This document shows positions 12,886 to 26,796 of a DNA stretch of 64,000 nt, one piece after another; position 1 is the stretch's first letter; each line of letters opens with the position of its first letter. The position numbers and the translations under genes are program-made. The stretch comes from Gekko japonicus (taxonomy: Eukaryota): positions 357,655 to 421,654 of the forward strand of contig NW_015160208.1 in the NCBI RefSeq assembly GCF_001447785.1, given 5' to 3'. The notes below the pieces were generated by a model. The model saw only the letters and a list, made by a program, of their open reading frames with translations. It ran no database searches and was not told the origin of the DNA.

Positions 12886-13065
12886 ACATGGAGATATGTT
12901 GTTCCTCTTTCCTTCAAGCCCTGCTGGTTCTTCCTCTGAGAACATGGATACCTCATTGTCTCAAGGAACACGCCACATAGGTGTTCCCCAGGTGGTAGAA
13001 GATGACATTGACCAGTACCTAATAAAACAAGATGGGAAGATTTACAGGAACAGAGACCAGCAACT
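12886..13065 (+). CDS. NPLOC4: NPLOC4 exon 4 (HGDMLFLFPSS...DGKIYRNRDQQL)
   Basis: tgtag|ACATGG...CAACT|gtaaat, 180 nt; phases match the neighbouring exons. Confidence 0.95.
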
Positions 13066-15195
13066 GTAAATACTATTGTGTTTTGCTCTCTGGACTTTAT
13101 GGAACAGAAGCTCTCAAAGTTTCATAGCTTTTCTTTACACTGGCAGGTTTGCAGTTTGTGCCTCCTCTTACACACTGTTGTTAAGCAAATGTACCAGATG
13201 AAGGTGGTTCACCAGGCAGGACTCTTTTCCTTGACCCAGGGGAAAATGAATTATGTGACTGGTGTGGGACTAGATGGATATGCTGCCTACTTCAGAGTTT
13301 CTGGGTGGGGGACAGAACCTAGCCTGTGTTCATCCCAAACTGTAACATACCACAGAGACTATATTACCAGAGAGCCTGTGCAATCCTAAACAGAGTTACT
13401 CCTGCCTGAACACATTAACTTCAGTGGATGTAATGTAGGGTAACTGTGCATAGGATTGCACCCAGACAATTCTTCTAAAATTCTCACAAATTCTCACAAA
13501 AGAAAGCAGTTTCAGAAAGTAGTTTCACAATTCTGCCTTGGCTCTAACCGTTGGCTTGTTCCTCCATACAGTATGCTTCTTGATTATTGTCTTGTCCTTC
13601 ATGTTTCATAACTCTGGCTCCCCCTTTTTCTAACACCTAACTGTTGGTTGCATACTGGTTTCTAGGAGGTAAAGGTAGGTCCTGGGTCTGGAAGAATTTA
13701 AGACTGCTGTTCTAGGGATAGTAGACATAAATAATGATGGCAAGTTCTGGGTTCCAAACCTCTTTTCAGTCAGTCCTGCAGCTAGATATAAGAACCAGCA
13801 AGTAACATACCGCAGGTTTTATTTGCCCCTGTACATGGAACTTCTTAACCTGTTTCAGTGGCATTGTTGCCTTATCCAAAAAGTATTTGTATTTTGGGGT
13901 ACAATAAGATGGCTGGGCTTGCTGATGGTGAAGTAGAAGTGGAAAAACAAACTCAGTTACAGAGAGACGTTTAGTCCTAAGAACAATGGAAGGCGGTATC
14001 AAAGACAGTATGGAAGTGAAATCTTGTAAATTAAGCAGCAGGTACTATGATTCTGGATTTTCTGCCTGGTTTTTGTATTGCTGTTCTTTGTGCGTCTCCT
14101 TATCCTTTTGTGAATTGAAATGACTGCCTATCTTTGCAGGGACATCACAAGGTTTAGGGTTTGTCAGTTACATTGAGTCTCCAACCCAGGATTGCTCTTG
14201 TTAAGCACAATTTCCTTTCAGAAAGGTTTAAAGAAGTTTCAAAGGGACAAATCTCATTGGTATAGTGAAAATGTCCTAGAGTTTGGCATGTGTCTGCTAA
14301 AGGGGCATTATAAATATCTGATGTTCATTTTAATAATCAGTTTTGAGAGTACTACTTCTAGAAATATTCCCTGAGTCTGATTTAAGCTTTTAAAAATACA
14401 CTGTTTATCTTAAAATTTAATAGTTCCATCTTGCTCCTTTACATGGCGTTTCCATGCGTATGAAAAATCGCTTTGGTTGAGAGGGAGATCAGAAAGCAAG
14501 AGCCTTTGGCCACTGAAGTGTAATCTTGACTTTTCAAATAAGAACTTCACGGATTAAAAATTGTCCTTATTAAAGTCATCAAAAACAAAAGTTGTTGCTG
14601 CTTTGTTAACAGCAGTGAGTAAATCTTGGTGCATATATCCCAATCTAGTTCCTAGCCATTTTGTTGTTATTGTAGAGAATGGCACACTAATATTTTGAAA
14701 GGAAGGAATCAACAGTGGGTCAAAACAAAGAGTGGGGGTAGTTATGTTGCAGGATAGAAATTGGGCTTTCTGAATCCTTGCCCATCTACTGTAACATGTG
14801 AAGTGAAGCCAGGAAGGGTATTGCAAACAGATGTTTAGTATTGCAGCTTCATCATATTAAATAACGTGTTCTTTATTGTCCTTAAACAACTGGTAGTGGA
14901 ACAGAATGATGTGGACTTTTTCTTCAAAAGGAACCCTTTTGAAGGATAAATTTATAAATTTATGCATTGTAAAGAACTATTGTACCTTAATTTAACACTG
15001 TGGGCAAGTTTACAGCTGGGTGGAAAGTGATAGATATGTTAGTGTCTGATCACAGTGTTCTTTTAAAAAATTGATTTACTGGTACTTTGCTAATACATTA
15101 TTTTCCTTGTTACTTCGTTCTGTTCATGCCAAATTCCTGAATTGTATAAAACTATACATTTTAGCAAGTACTAATTCTTGTTTCTCTTGGCACAG

Positions 15196-15244
15196 ATGTC
15201 GACATGGCCCATTGGGTAAATGTGTGCACTGTGTACCATTAGAG
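15196..15244 (+). CDS. NPLOC4: NPLOC4 exon 5 (CRHGPLGKCVHCVPLE), zinc finger 1
   Basis: cacag|ATGT...GAG|gtaaag, 49 nt; CHCC zf-NPL4 motif. Confidence 0.95.
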
Positions 15245-15966
15245 GTAAAGAGTTAAACAAAAGGCTGTTGTGTTAGTTAGCAATTGAGAGGATGCTGCTG
15301 AAACATGAATGTGTCCTGCCTGTGCTGACAATGGCCAAAGAGGCTAAATATGTCCCTTAGATACATCTGTCTGGAGCATCAGGCTTCTGACATCTGTTTT
15401 CCCTGCAGTAATGGATTTAACAGGATATACTTCTAAAGGTTCAAGCAAAGCTGTATGTATGCATTTTGTACCACCCACTTTCATTGTGGCTCTCCCTCTG
15501 CTTTAGAACTTCATCCAAGAACCATTCTTGTGTATTTTGATAGTTTGAGCTTTTTAAAAACGATTTTGTGCAGTGAGGATCCTCTGAAAGGCCTTTTCAG
15601 TTGTGTGCAGATTCTTCTTTTTTTTAGCCTGGGCCAGAATTTTCCCATTATGTTTGATCAGCTAGCCTTCAGCTCTGCCATCTTTTTTTTTTTTTTAAAG
15701 ACTATTATAATACCCATGAGGCAGGCTGGGTTTCTGAAGCCATTTTGAGCAAGGCTAAAAATGCCATACTGTGCAAAAAGAAGAAAAGCTTCTCTGTTAC
15801 TCTCAAAGTAGTAACTGCTGTGGAAAAGAGCACAAAGCTTCCTAATTGTTTCCACACTGAATGCCAGCAGAGAGTTCATATGAAAACATCCATTTGTTCA
15901 GTGATCAATATATTATCAAGCAGGTGTCTGACCTGGTTTTCCTTTGTGTATGTGGGTTTTTGGCAG

Positions 15967-16061
15967 CCTTTTGATGAAGATTATTTAAACCATCTGGAAC
16001 CTCCTGTGAAGCATATGTCTTTCCATGCCTACATCAGGAAGCTGACCGGAGGCGCAGACAA
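15967..16061 (+). CDS. NPLOC4: NPLOC4 exon 6 (PFDEDYLNHLEPPVKHMSFHAYIRKLTGGADK)
   Basis: ggcag|CCT...GACAA|gtatga, 95 nt. Confidence 0.95.
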
Positions 16062-16271
16062 GTATGAAACTTGTTCAGTTTCTTTGGGGGATCTCTGTAC
16101 AGGTGATGGAACAAAATTTGGGTAAACTAGAGGCCTATTTACAGGACAAAAACAAATTTGCTTCAAATAGTAGCAAGGTCATAACTTAAAAACTAATTTG
16201 GCAGATGATGAGAAGAGTGAGAACTTCATAGTTATTTTTCTCACTTAATTGGTACATCTTACTCCCCCCCC

Positions 16272-17402
16272 GTTTATTTATTTAATTAAATTTCTATCCT
16301 GCTCTTTCCTGCATTGCAGGGGTCAGAGTAGGGTACAACAGTAGGTATATACAATAGATATAAAACGTAATCTACACAATATTAAAACAACTCACATCAT
16401 GGCAATAAGATACAAGTTGACGAGTGCTCTCAAAAACTTTCAGTGCGTGTACCCATAGGCGAAAACCAGATACTGAGCAAGTGGCAGAAAAGCAGCAACA
16501 GTCGCACCAAATAAATAGTGCAAGACCAAGTAAGGGAGGCCAATATAGTGAGATCTCCACCATCTCAGCCATAAGCCTAGCAGAACATCTCCATTTTACA
16601 GACCCTGTGGGATTGCAACAAGTCCCGCAGGGCCCTGATCTCACTTAGGAGAGTGTTCCACCAGGCTGGGGCAAGACCCGAAAAGGCTCTGGCTCTGGTC
16701 GAGGCCAGGGACCAGCAGTAGATGTTGATCTGTGGAGTATAAAACTTTTCAAGGGACATAAGGCGAGAAGGTCGTGCAGATATGTTGGTCCCAGACCACA
16801 AAGGGGTTTAAAGGTTAGTACCATAATCTTGAAGGAGCTGCAGTGGCTCAAGTGGTTAAGACGCTGAACTGCAGGCTGTGGAAGGTCAGTAGTTCAGCAG
16901 TTCGAGACCCGGGTGCCGCATGACGGAGTGAGCTCCTGTCTCTAGTTCCAGCTCCTGCCAACCTAGCGGTTCGAAAGCAAGAAATTGCAAGTAGATAAAT
17001 AGGTACCACTTCAGTGGGACGTTAACAGCGTCCCGTGCGCCTTGGTGTTTAGTCATGCCGGCCACATGACCATGGAAACTTCTTCGGACAGCACTGGCTC
17101 TTCGGCTTTGAAATGGAGATGAGCACCGCAACCCTAGAGCCGGACTTGACTGGCTTTTGAGCAAGGGAACCTTTACCTTTACCTTTTTACCATAATCTTG
17201 AACTTGATCCGGTATTCAACTGGGAGCCAGTGCAGCTGGTGGAGCACTAGTTGTATATGGGCTCTTAAAGGTATCCCAGTAAGGACTCATGCTGCTGCAT
17301 TGTGGACCAGCTGAAGTTTCCTGGTCATTCTCAAGGGCATCCCCATGTAGAGCAATTTACAGTAGTCGAGACTGGAGGTGACCATTGTATGGATCACCAT
17401 GG
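16272..17402 (-). mobile_element. L2-clade LINE fragment split by a Sauria SINE
   Basis: Minus-strand ARAFSGLAPAWWNTLLSEIRALRDL; the sequence resumes after the SINE. Confidence 0.7.
16834..17187 (+). mobile_element. Full-length Sauria SINE
   Basis: tRNA-like head with A/B boxes, (ACCTTT)n tail, perfect 15-bp TSD taccataatcttgaa (16819-16833 and 17188-17202). Confidence 0.92.
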
Positions 17403-17961
17403 CTTTCCCCCAAACCAGGATCTCAGACTGATGCATAGCAGCATTAGCAAAGAGGGTAGCATTTATTTCAGTCAGTGATTTGTCATCTCATCAGTACTGC
17501 AAAACTGAAAGCCTCTCCTTTAACACCCTAGCTCAGAAGCTTAACCGTTCCCCTTCATTGCATTAGGAGTTCACAGAACACTATGCCGTACCTGAAGGTG
17601 TACCTATTTTATTAGTGCTTTCCTATTGTAAGGGCTTTGACCTGGAAAAAAAGATGGATGAAAGTCAGCCACTTGCCAAATAACCATGTTGTTGATTTTT
17701 TTCATCATCAACATCAGTTATAGTTTCTATGTTGTTGAATCCAGTAGAATTGTTACTGCCTGTCTGATGTTTTTGTTAAGACCAGCATTCACAGAGGATA
17801 TAGGCAGGTTGCCATCAGAAATCCGTTGCTGGTTTTGCTCCCAGATTTCTACTCTAATCTGATGTCTGCCCTACGCTGTAGTAGAGGAATTTGTTTTGTC
17901 TTTTTGAAAAATAAATCTTTGAGCATTTAGAATATGGCATGATCTTTTTTGTTTGTTTTAG

Positions 17962-18085
17962 GGGGAAGTTTGTTGCCCTTGAAAACATTAGCTGCAAGAT
18001 TAAATCTGGGTGTGAGGGACATCCTCCGTGGCCAGAAGGCATATGTACGAAGTGCCAGCCCAGCGCCATCACACTCAACAGGCAG
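17962..18085 (+). CDS. NPLOC4: NPLOC4 exon 7 ([41 protein letters not shown]), zinc finger 2
   Basis: tttag|GGGG...CAG|gtgaga, 124 nt. Confidence 0.95.
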
Positions 18086-18690
18086 GTGAGATCAACATCA
18101 GCCACATGTTCTTTGACTCTCTTTTTGGAAACAAGTGGCTAGCTTGGATTTGGCAGGGTTTTTCCTTGGGCAGTCTCTTGGTAAACAACTTACATAGAGA
18201 CTGAAGTATGGTTCAACAGTTTCCTTGTGAATGAGAGGACATCTGCTTGGGGCACATGCTAGAGAGCAGTTTTCACTTATTCGTAACCACCTGCTTAGAT
18301 TTCTGTAATACGCTCACCAAGGCTTGGGGGATTGAGATGAAGGCCAAATTAGCAGCTGGTGAAATGGGGTTCTGGGTGTGATTCCCTTAGTCTTCCTGCA
18401 AGGCACACTTGGTTTGGAACATAAGAGATGTTGTGGTTTGAGGCAGGGTAGAATAGTCAGATGAAGGGGGCAAACTAGTTCCCATTCTTTTCTCTTTTGA
18501 GGAATTTCTGACTCTGATCAATGGCACATACGTACACATTTGGAAAGTCTGTAGGCAGAGAAAAAGCATGTGACTGTGGGATAGAATGACATTTAGAAGG
18601 AACCTAGCTGAAGTTCAGATGTCACTGTGTTTAAACTTTCCTGAGTCTCATCTTGGCTTGATAAACTGTTATGTTTTTTTCATGTGGCAG

Positions 18691-18870
18691 AAATACAGGC
18701 ATGTGGATAACATCATGTTTGAGAACCATACAATTGCAGATCGTTTCTTAGACTTCTGGAGAAAAACAGGAAACCAGCATTTTGGATACCTCTATGGGAG
18801 ATACACAGAACACAAAGACATCCCTCTAGGTATTCGAGCTGAGGTTGCTGCCATCTATGAACCACCTCAG
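18691..18870 (+). CDS. NPLOC4: NPLOC4 exon 8 (KYRHVDNIMFENH...AAIYEPPQ), MPN-like domain
   Basis: ggcag|AAATAC...CCTCAG|gtaatg, 180 nt. Confidence 0.97.
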
Positions 18871-21347
18871 GTAATGGCTTCTCTGTTCTAGAAAGCTGTC
18901 CTGTTTAGAAATGTGGGAAGTTGAATGTTCATTAGCACATGATGATTTTGAAATGAAAAGTGTCATTACCATACTCTTATACTGAATTGCTGCTGTGGCA
19001 GTGAAGCGGTACTACAAACAGTGTGCATGTGTTGGTTTACAAGTAGAGAGGCAGGTCAGGAACTTTGTTACAGCATGCTCCTATGTAGGTATATCCTACT
19101 GAACTTAAGGGGCTTTACTCTCAATGTGTAACTCTGAATTGGATCATGACATTTACCTGTTTCATGCTACAGGAAGGATAGAAAACTTTCAGCAGTGTGC
19201 CCCCCTCCCTTTCCACTGACATTATTCTGTCAGGTCATCAGCATTTGCAGCTATTTTCCCCAGCACCACCTTCTGTCATGTGAGCCAGTGACAGTGCAAA
19301 ATGGCTTCTTTACAGAGTCAGCTGACTGAACTGCAGTGACTGAGGACTGGATTGGTTAATGATGGTGCGGGGGCACAGCAGTGGCTTCTTCTTTCCCTTC
19401 CGGACAGAGTGCAAAGTGATGGTAGCTCGGGTTACATTTAAGCTGAGATCCTGTACCCAGAGTCTGTGGGACTGGTTTCCAAGTAAATATGCTAGTTAGG
19501 AATATATCTGTGGAAACTTCACCAGGCAACACACTAGCTTCAGGTCTCTTTTCAGTTGTGATGTTAATGCAGCTGTTCATAGGAACACACTGGAAGTGTA
19601 AAACTCAAAGTATTTTGATCACACATTGTCATACTTTATTTTAACGACCCCCCCCTCCCCTCTGCCATGTACCTTTGCCAACGGTGGCTAATGTAGACCA
19701 TGACAACCTCAAATAACCTTTAGGCACTGCAAAAAAAAAAAGGTGACCGAGGACACATGAGTGACTTGTCTTCCTCATTTCACAACAGCCAGCAAAGCTC
19801 CCTGTTCCAGTATGCTGTCCTCTGCTGGGAGCAGTCCCTGGTGGCATGAGGGGAGCCTGTGTGTTTGCAGCCCTTGCAGTTTTGGAGCTGTGGGTGCCAT
19901 TTTGGTTTTTCCTGCGCGAGAGTGGATGGTTGGGACCTTGCCCAGCTCCCTACTTTGTACACAGATGTATACTCATAGTGTAACAGTTAAAGGCTTTGAG
20001 ACTGCCATTGGCCAGAATGTGTTGGGTGGTTGACACAAGTCATAGTGTCTCTGCCTGAGCCTCCCCACTTCCACTGATGTTTGGAGAAAACTGGCCTACC
20101 TTACAGACTTATTGTAAAAGTCATTGACCGAACATATGTGAAGTGACTAGAGCAGTTGAAATACACTAATATAAATGCTGAGACAGTATCAAGCGAAGTG
20201 AGCAGCTAACATGCTATGTGGAAGCAAACCCACAGTTGACAGTAAGGATATGCCCAGCCCTTCCCAGCTGTCTCTGATGAGTGTATCTGTATGATGCACA
20301 CAGCTTCAAAACTAGTTAGTCACATTTTTTAAAAGTATTTGATCATTTTTTGATCCAAACTGCACCTAAAGTATACAATGCAGAAAGAAGGCCTTGTGTA
20401 CTACTTGTAAATGAGAATGGACTGTGATTCTTTTAAAAAGTAAGATCACTTTAAGTCACTAGGTGGCACTACTCACTGAGTCCTCTTCCTGCAAGATAAA
20501 ATTGAGTGTTGTAGTTGAAATGAATGTTCAGAAAAAACATAATGCTAGATTTCACAGCAGTTACGGTGACGAGAAGTAGGATTTTATGCAGGTTGAGGTA
20601 GGCTGACATGGTGTAATCCAGTGAGATGTGTTCTTGTAGTTAAACTAGTTAACGTCCTCTTTTATTGTGGACTAATTAATACTCTCTAATGAGTACTGCA
20701 TCTAGCCAAGAGCTCAACAAGTCCCAGGTGCACAGGTCACCATGATAATTTTAAAAATTCATTGAGGCACCTGGTACTTTTTTTTACAAAAGTACACCTT
20801 TTGTCTCTTAATTTGGCCACTGTTGGTGATAGCTCTTACTCATTCTTCTTCATTCCATCTCTGTGGCCATACTGGGAAAGACTCAACTAGCTGCCATTCC
20901 TGTAACAATGAGGGTAGAGGGGACCTTTCCAATTACAGCTGAAGAGATGAGTGCACAAGAGATGCTGGGAACACTGGCACCCAAGCAAGAGACAAGCCCC
21001 CCTCCCCCGCTTGGATCTTGCAGAACGTTTCTGTTAATGAAAAGGGTTATCTTCTGTAGATTGGCATTCCTTGCTTCTTCAAAAGGAATAGAGGGCTCTC
21101 AGGAATAGCATGGGGAAAACTGGAGGTCTACAGTGGAAAAGGGGAATCAGCAAAAATTGACCTTCCCTTCTGTTTGCAGATATCCTCCACAGGATCCACA
21201 TTTTTGTCTCTTAGCCCAGCCAACTAAAAAGAGGGATTTGGCTAGCTTTGGAAAGGTCCACCCTGTCCTGATTTGGGGGGGAGTGCAGCAAAGATATTCA
21301 TGGCATGAAAAAGCATGATGTGACATTCATATTGCATTAATGTGCCA

Positions 21348-21469
21348 CAGGGCTCTTTTTGTAGCAGGAACTCCCCTATAAGAAGAGCTCTGTAAGCTCT
21401 TGGAGTATTGGCTACATTAGGGGTGTGTCGCCTAATATGCAAGGAGTTCCTGCTACAAAAAGAGCCCTG
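21348..21469. mobile_element. Short MITE with perfect 27-bp TIRs
   Basis: cagggctctttttgtagcaggaactcc at 21348-21374 and its exact reverse complement at 21443-21469. Confidence 0.8.
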
Positions 21470-22161
21470 AATTCTGAAGCCTGAGAGTAAATTCATGGAT
21501 GCTAAAGCTCCTTGGACATATTTCTAAGCTAACCCCTAGGTTCTACTTGATATTTTCTTCAAAAATTGGTGTTTTTGTGCTGGGTTAGAAGTTAACTTTT
21601 TGTTGTACTGATGACAACTAGGATTACTCCTGTATTTATATTCTTCAGCACTTTTGTCATAGCATTAATAAAATGACAAGAAAAGGTTTTGTAACAACCA
21701 TAATTAGAAAAAATAGTAATTAAAATATAAAACCCTGAAGGCTGAAAAATGCATCTGGCTCCTAAATTATTTGGCTGGTTTCAGCTCCAAAGAAAACTTG
21801 TTAAGGCCTCATCTCTCCTAATTGAATAGTAGTTGAATTTAGTTAAATCATCTGTTTTATAAGGTCATGGGGAGAGGGGATTGGATGGCTGTATGGATGG
21901 CTACAGCTGGAAAGGGGGGGGGAGCCAGGGGAGAGGGGCCTGGGCTTGGCCGCAAAGGATGCTGGGGGAGGCTTGCAGCTATATAAGGATGACCCAGAGA
22001 GTGGAACAACAGCCAGGGAAGGTGGGGGATTGGGATGAGTTTAAATCCCCCTCATCTCCAATTCTGGGGCCAAAGGGGGCAGACAGGCTCTAGGCAGCCA
22101 AGCCTTGCCAGTGGAGGGCAGAGGAGTGTGTGCCAGGTAGGGATCCCACTGTTAGGATCAG

Positions 22162-22367
22162 CAGTGTTCCCTCTAAGCTGAGTTAGTGTGAGCTAGCTCA
22201 CAGTTTTTTAGCCTCCGGCTCACACATTTTTGTCTTAGCTCAGAAAGGCTGGCTCCAGAGCAAACTAATTTATGCAGTAGCCAAATTACTTGCTCACAAC
22301 TTTAATGCCAGTAGCTCACAAAGTAGAATTTTTGCTCACAAGACTCCACAGCTTAGAAGGGAACATT
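22162..22367. mobile_element. hAT-type MITE (same family as 7152-7356)
   Basis: Reverse-complement near-identity to 7152-7356. Confidence 0.85.
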
Positions 22368-24149
22368 CAGCACCCTGCCTGCATTTCTCTGCATTGTGTT
22401 AGCCAAACTGCTTTATGTACAGCAGATGGCAACTAAATTTAACGTAAGTTCTTGCCAAAGTTTACGGAAGTCCAAATCCACCCCAGGTAGGTCCCAGTGA
22501 GAGAGAGACGAGACTGGTGTTTTCCAAAACAATTTGTCTTTTACTGAATAATATCAAAATCACATACACACAAAACAGAATCACTCACACTTAGGGCTGC
22601 CAAGTCCCCCGGGGAGCGGATAATCCCCCGCTTTGGAGGCCTGATTTCCGCCGCCACGGAATCGGGCCCTGGGGGGAACCCCACCCCTGCGTGCACGTCA
22701 GCCGGATGTGACGTGATGACGCCGGGCACGCTGGGGGCGGGGCCACAGCCATCACAGCCAAATGGCTGTGGCCCCGCCCCCAGCGTGCCCGGACTTAGGA
22801 GGTAGGTTGGTATACGTTCATACTTATCTTTCCTGAAGCCTTGTCTGATGCAATGAAGAATCGAGGGGTGAGAAAATAAGACCTAGGGATGTTTCTAATT
22901 CACACCTGCTAGAATCAGCCAGCAAAGTGTGGACCTCTTTGGCTGCGCACACCAAGAGATCAGAAATAGACAATAGGGTTGTTTGATAGAAAGCTGGACT
23001 TTAGGAGTAGAAAGCAGACAGGGGATGTTGAAGGGGATTGCGGCTAGCAAAGACCCATCACATGATCCCTGCTTTTTATAGTTGAATCTCCAGGTGGGTG
23101 GCAACCTTGCCATTCTGTAAACCCATCTACTTGCAAGTCCATCCCATAACCTCAATCATCGGTGCATGTAATAAGGGGCAGGTACCCTAGGGGTGTGGAC
23201 AATATTTGAAACTCTAAACTCTAACTCATGGAAAGCCATCTGGTCAGGTGTGAAGTTCTGGCATCCTGTATCTCCCTTGATGTGCAGATAGATCTTGGCT
23301 TTCCCAGGCAAACAAGGCACCATCCAACAGGAAATGGCAATTCAGATCCATATACTGCGTGACATCAGGTCCTTCAGCAATGGGGGAATTTCCTCTCCTT
23401 GGTTGTTGTTTCTGCTAACAATGGCGAAATGTGCTTCTCTTTCCCATAAGGCTCTGAGCTGAATGTGTTTACCAGCCTCATTAACATAAAATGCAGGCAA
23501 GTGTCCTCTCTGTGAAATCTCTCACAATAGGTAATGCAAGCAGCTTTCTCCATGCCTATGGGTATACATGTGTGTGCACAGTTCATATAGTGTGTGTGTC
23601 AGCAGATATAGAATCACAAACAGAAAATATCAATCTCTTTCTCAACAATTGTCCTTACTGGTGACCACCCTTGCTGTTCATTTTATTTTGGTTTATTTGC
23701 CCCTTTTAACTTCAGATTGTACACCATGTACACCATGTTTCCCCCTTGCAGTGAAGGGTACTAAATTGTAGTCCATGAGTTTTTTCAAAGAATATAAGGC
23801 TGTGATCCTTCTTAATTTGATTCTAGTGCCCTGGTGTCCCTTTGTCTTAAAGTTCAGCATTGGCCTCCTGTGCCCTTTACAGTGTTGATGGGCATCTCCT
23901 GCAACAGACATGGGAGAGGGGTTCTAGTTGGTTTTGCCTGATATGTTTAGCCACCAGTTAGCTGCTGCTTGCTTTGTTTATAATGTATATAATTTTATTT
24001 ATTTATAATGTATAATAAATGCATTATTTTATTTATTTATAAATAAATACTTTATTTATAATGTCTAATGTCAGGCAATTTGAGATGTACCGGCAAAAGT
24101 ATTCCATTATAACACACACTCAGGATCATGACTTTCTGTTAAGTTGCAA

Positions 24150-24466
24150 AGTAAACTTACATCAGCCCCCTTAAGCCTTCTGCACAGCAGGAAGTGTTGA
24201 TGACTTTTGATCTTTTGCCAGTTTCAGTGTGTTTTGATACTGTATCATGATGTGGTGAATAGAAATGGCCCTGCAGCAGTGTGTGTGTTTGTATGTATAT
24301 GGGGGGTAGAGTGCATTGTCCCCTGGCTTCCTTGCTATTATGTGAATTATCAGAGCTTGTTCTAAAATAGGTGATGTTTAACGCTGCTCATAAGCTTTGG
24401 AACTGACAAAATTGATTTTATTTATCTGCTGTGCAGAAGGCTTAAGGGGGCTGATGTAAGTTTACT
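24150..24466. repeat. Perfect 41-bp inverted repeat with a 235-bp spacer
   Basis: 24150-24190 is the exact reverse complement of 24426-24466. Confidence 0.85.
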
Positions 24467-25145
24467 GTGTCATTGGAACCTCCAGATCCTTAGGCAGTTA
24501 CCACTGATCCTACTGCATTGAGAAGTAAGAGTGGGGCGGCAGCATTGACAACTCTGACAAGTTGCCTCAATGCCACTCAAGCAGCCACAAGGATTGGGTG
24601 CTCCCCCAGTGACAGCCCCACAGATCTGGACCTTCCATCAGATGTGCATCCTCCTGAACAGCTTCTTTTCCTCCTCCATCCTGGAAATGCATCATCATTA
24701 AGACAGTGGGCAAGTGAACACCCTCAGTAGAGGTGATACATACTTGCTTGCTGAACAAGAGTTGCAGCAGGCAGAGGTGGCTTCTGCTGATCACACTGTC
24801 TCCCTGGGTGGTGGATGAGTAGATGATGCCCAGGAAGGCAGACACTGACCAGTTCCCACCTCAGCTATAACTCCCATGGCATTGGCATTATCACTGGCTG
24901 CTGCTCCCTGCCACCTGCTCGCTCACTGTCTTGGACAGTGGCTGGGAGACTCCTCTTCCTTGTTGGATGGCTGTTGGGATCATTCCTCACTTTCCTGTCT
25001 CTGCTGGCTGCTTGCTGGGAGGGGGTGTTGAGAGACAGGCTGTTGCCAGTGGGGGGAGCAAAGGCTCATAGTGCTGCTGCTTGCCCTCCTGTTCCAAGCG
25101 GTAAAAGGGAGGAGGATCAAAATCAGTGGCTGCAGAGTAGGGAGG

Positions 25146-25266
25146 AGTTGTTGTTCAGTCGCACAGTCGAGTCCGACTCTTCACGACCCCATGGACCACA
25201 TCATGCCAGGCCCTCCTGTCTTCTGTTGTGCTCCAGAGTTTGTTTAATTTCATGTTTGTTGCCTCG
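25146..25266 (-). mobile_element. RTE/BovB-like LINE 3' end
   Basis: gttgttgttcagtcgcacagtcgagtccgactcttcacgaccccatggacc resembles the BovB/RTE 3' terminus on the minus strand. Confidence 0.65.
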
Positions 25267-26516
25267 TAGAGTAGGGAGACATCCCACTAATTTGAGGGAA
25301 GACGTGTGTTTTGGGTTTGTGTGTGTGTGGAATACCAGAAGTTGTTTTGTCAGGTGTCCCTAAGCACCTGGAGTTGGCCATCTTTAATGCCTCAATTAGG
25401 AATGAGAGACAGAAAAGCCTTAAATCAAGTGATGGAATTCTGAGGTGGTAGAATGGATGGTTCTAATTTAGACAGCAGATGCGATCATATTCTTTCACGT
25501 TTTGGTTTGTAAAAACTCCCTGGAAGTATGAAACCAGCAGACAAGGAATGAGCTGGGCTAGTACCTTTCTCCCTGATACGCGCTCTTTATTTTCAGGGAG
25601 TTTTTCTATTCTCCACCAGCAGCCATACAGTCCATTCTGCCTCATCCAGATTGTACCACCTCATTTTGATGCGTTTGTAGCTCAGGTCTAGCAAGTAAAG
25701 AAGCTGACTTTCTTTTTTCCACTTGGGATATACAGAGAGAAATTCTGCCCCTTGTGGTACCTGATACTCTGCAATCTAGATAGAAGCCTGAGCATTTTCC
25801 TGGAATTCAGCTCTGAGCATACTTCCATGCTTTACAGAGTCAGGCCACTGGTGCATGCTCACCTAGTATGTGACTGGCTGTAACTCTGCTTGATCTCAGA
25901 CAGCCCTTTTCTCAGCTTTTTTATTTGCAGATCATGGGAATGGAGTCTGGGGTGATCTGCATGCAAAGTGTGTGCTTGACCACTTTTGCCTCTTCCTGTA
26001 AACCTATCGCTGATTTCTTAATAACTTAGGAAATCAGTTAATTACAGGCAAGAGGACTATGGATTGGAGGGTCGCTTTGTTAAACTTGATTGTTAACTTG
26101 CCACATATTCAAGCTGACATATAAAAACATTCCTGGGCTCCCTGCATAGGTCAACCATGCCTCTAATTTTCAGTGTCAAATACTGAACTCAATTTGTAAA
26201 GGATTTTGGGTTTTTTCTTGTGCTAGAAGATTTCACTACCAGGGCAAAATAAAAGCTTCTTGAAAGGAGGAGGTGGGGTGCAACTGATTCTGGCTCATTG
26301 TTTGGTTCTCAATAAATATTACTTGAAGTAGTAATAAATCGCCTTTTTGTTGTGTTGTACATGCTAATGCAGCTACAGTGAATAGGGCACAGCATCACGT
26401 TTATCCCAATTGCTTTGATATTGTCTGTTACAGTGTTTAAAATGAGACGTTCTGTTTTTATCAGGATGCTAACGATTCTTTGTGAACTAGTCCATTTAAT
26501 ATGTTTCTCTTTTCAG

Positions 26517-26603
26517 ATTGGTACGCAAAACAGTCTTGAGCTTCTGGAAGACTCTAAGGCAGAAATTGTGGATGAGATTGCTGCCAAGCTTGGCCTAACA
26601 AAG
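26517..26603 (+). CDS. NPLOC4: NPLOC4 exon 9 (IGTQNSLELLEDSKAEIVDEIAAKLGLTK)
   Basis: tttcag|ATT...AAG|gtagca, 87 nt. Confidence 0.95.
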
Positions 26604-26796
26604 GTAGCAAAACATGTTTGGATCGACATAATTTGGGATAGTCTTAATGTGCTGGGCTAATGGGAATCTTTTTTGGCACAACTGTTCTTCAGTCGTTAAC
26701 ATCAGATTAACATATGAGATATACAGTTTAATTCATTGATCATGTCTGATACAGATAGAGTGATGCAATCTGCCTTGAGTCTCAGTGAAAAATACA

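Noticed and set aside
16834-16910. tRNA genes at SINE heads (also 32197, 39534, 43085, 59500, 59951)
   Set aside because: A/B boxes are present but there is no complete cloverleaf, and each continues into a SINE body and tail
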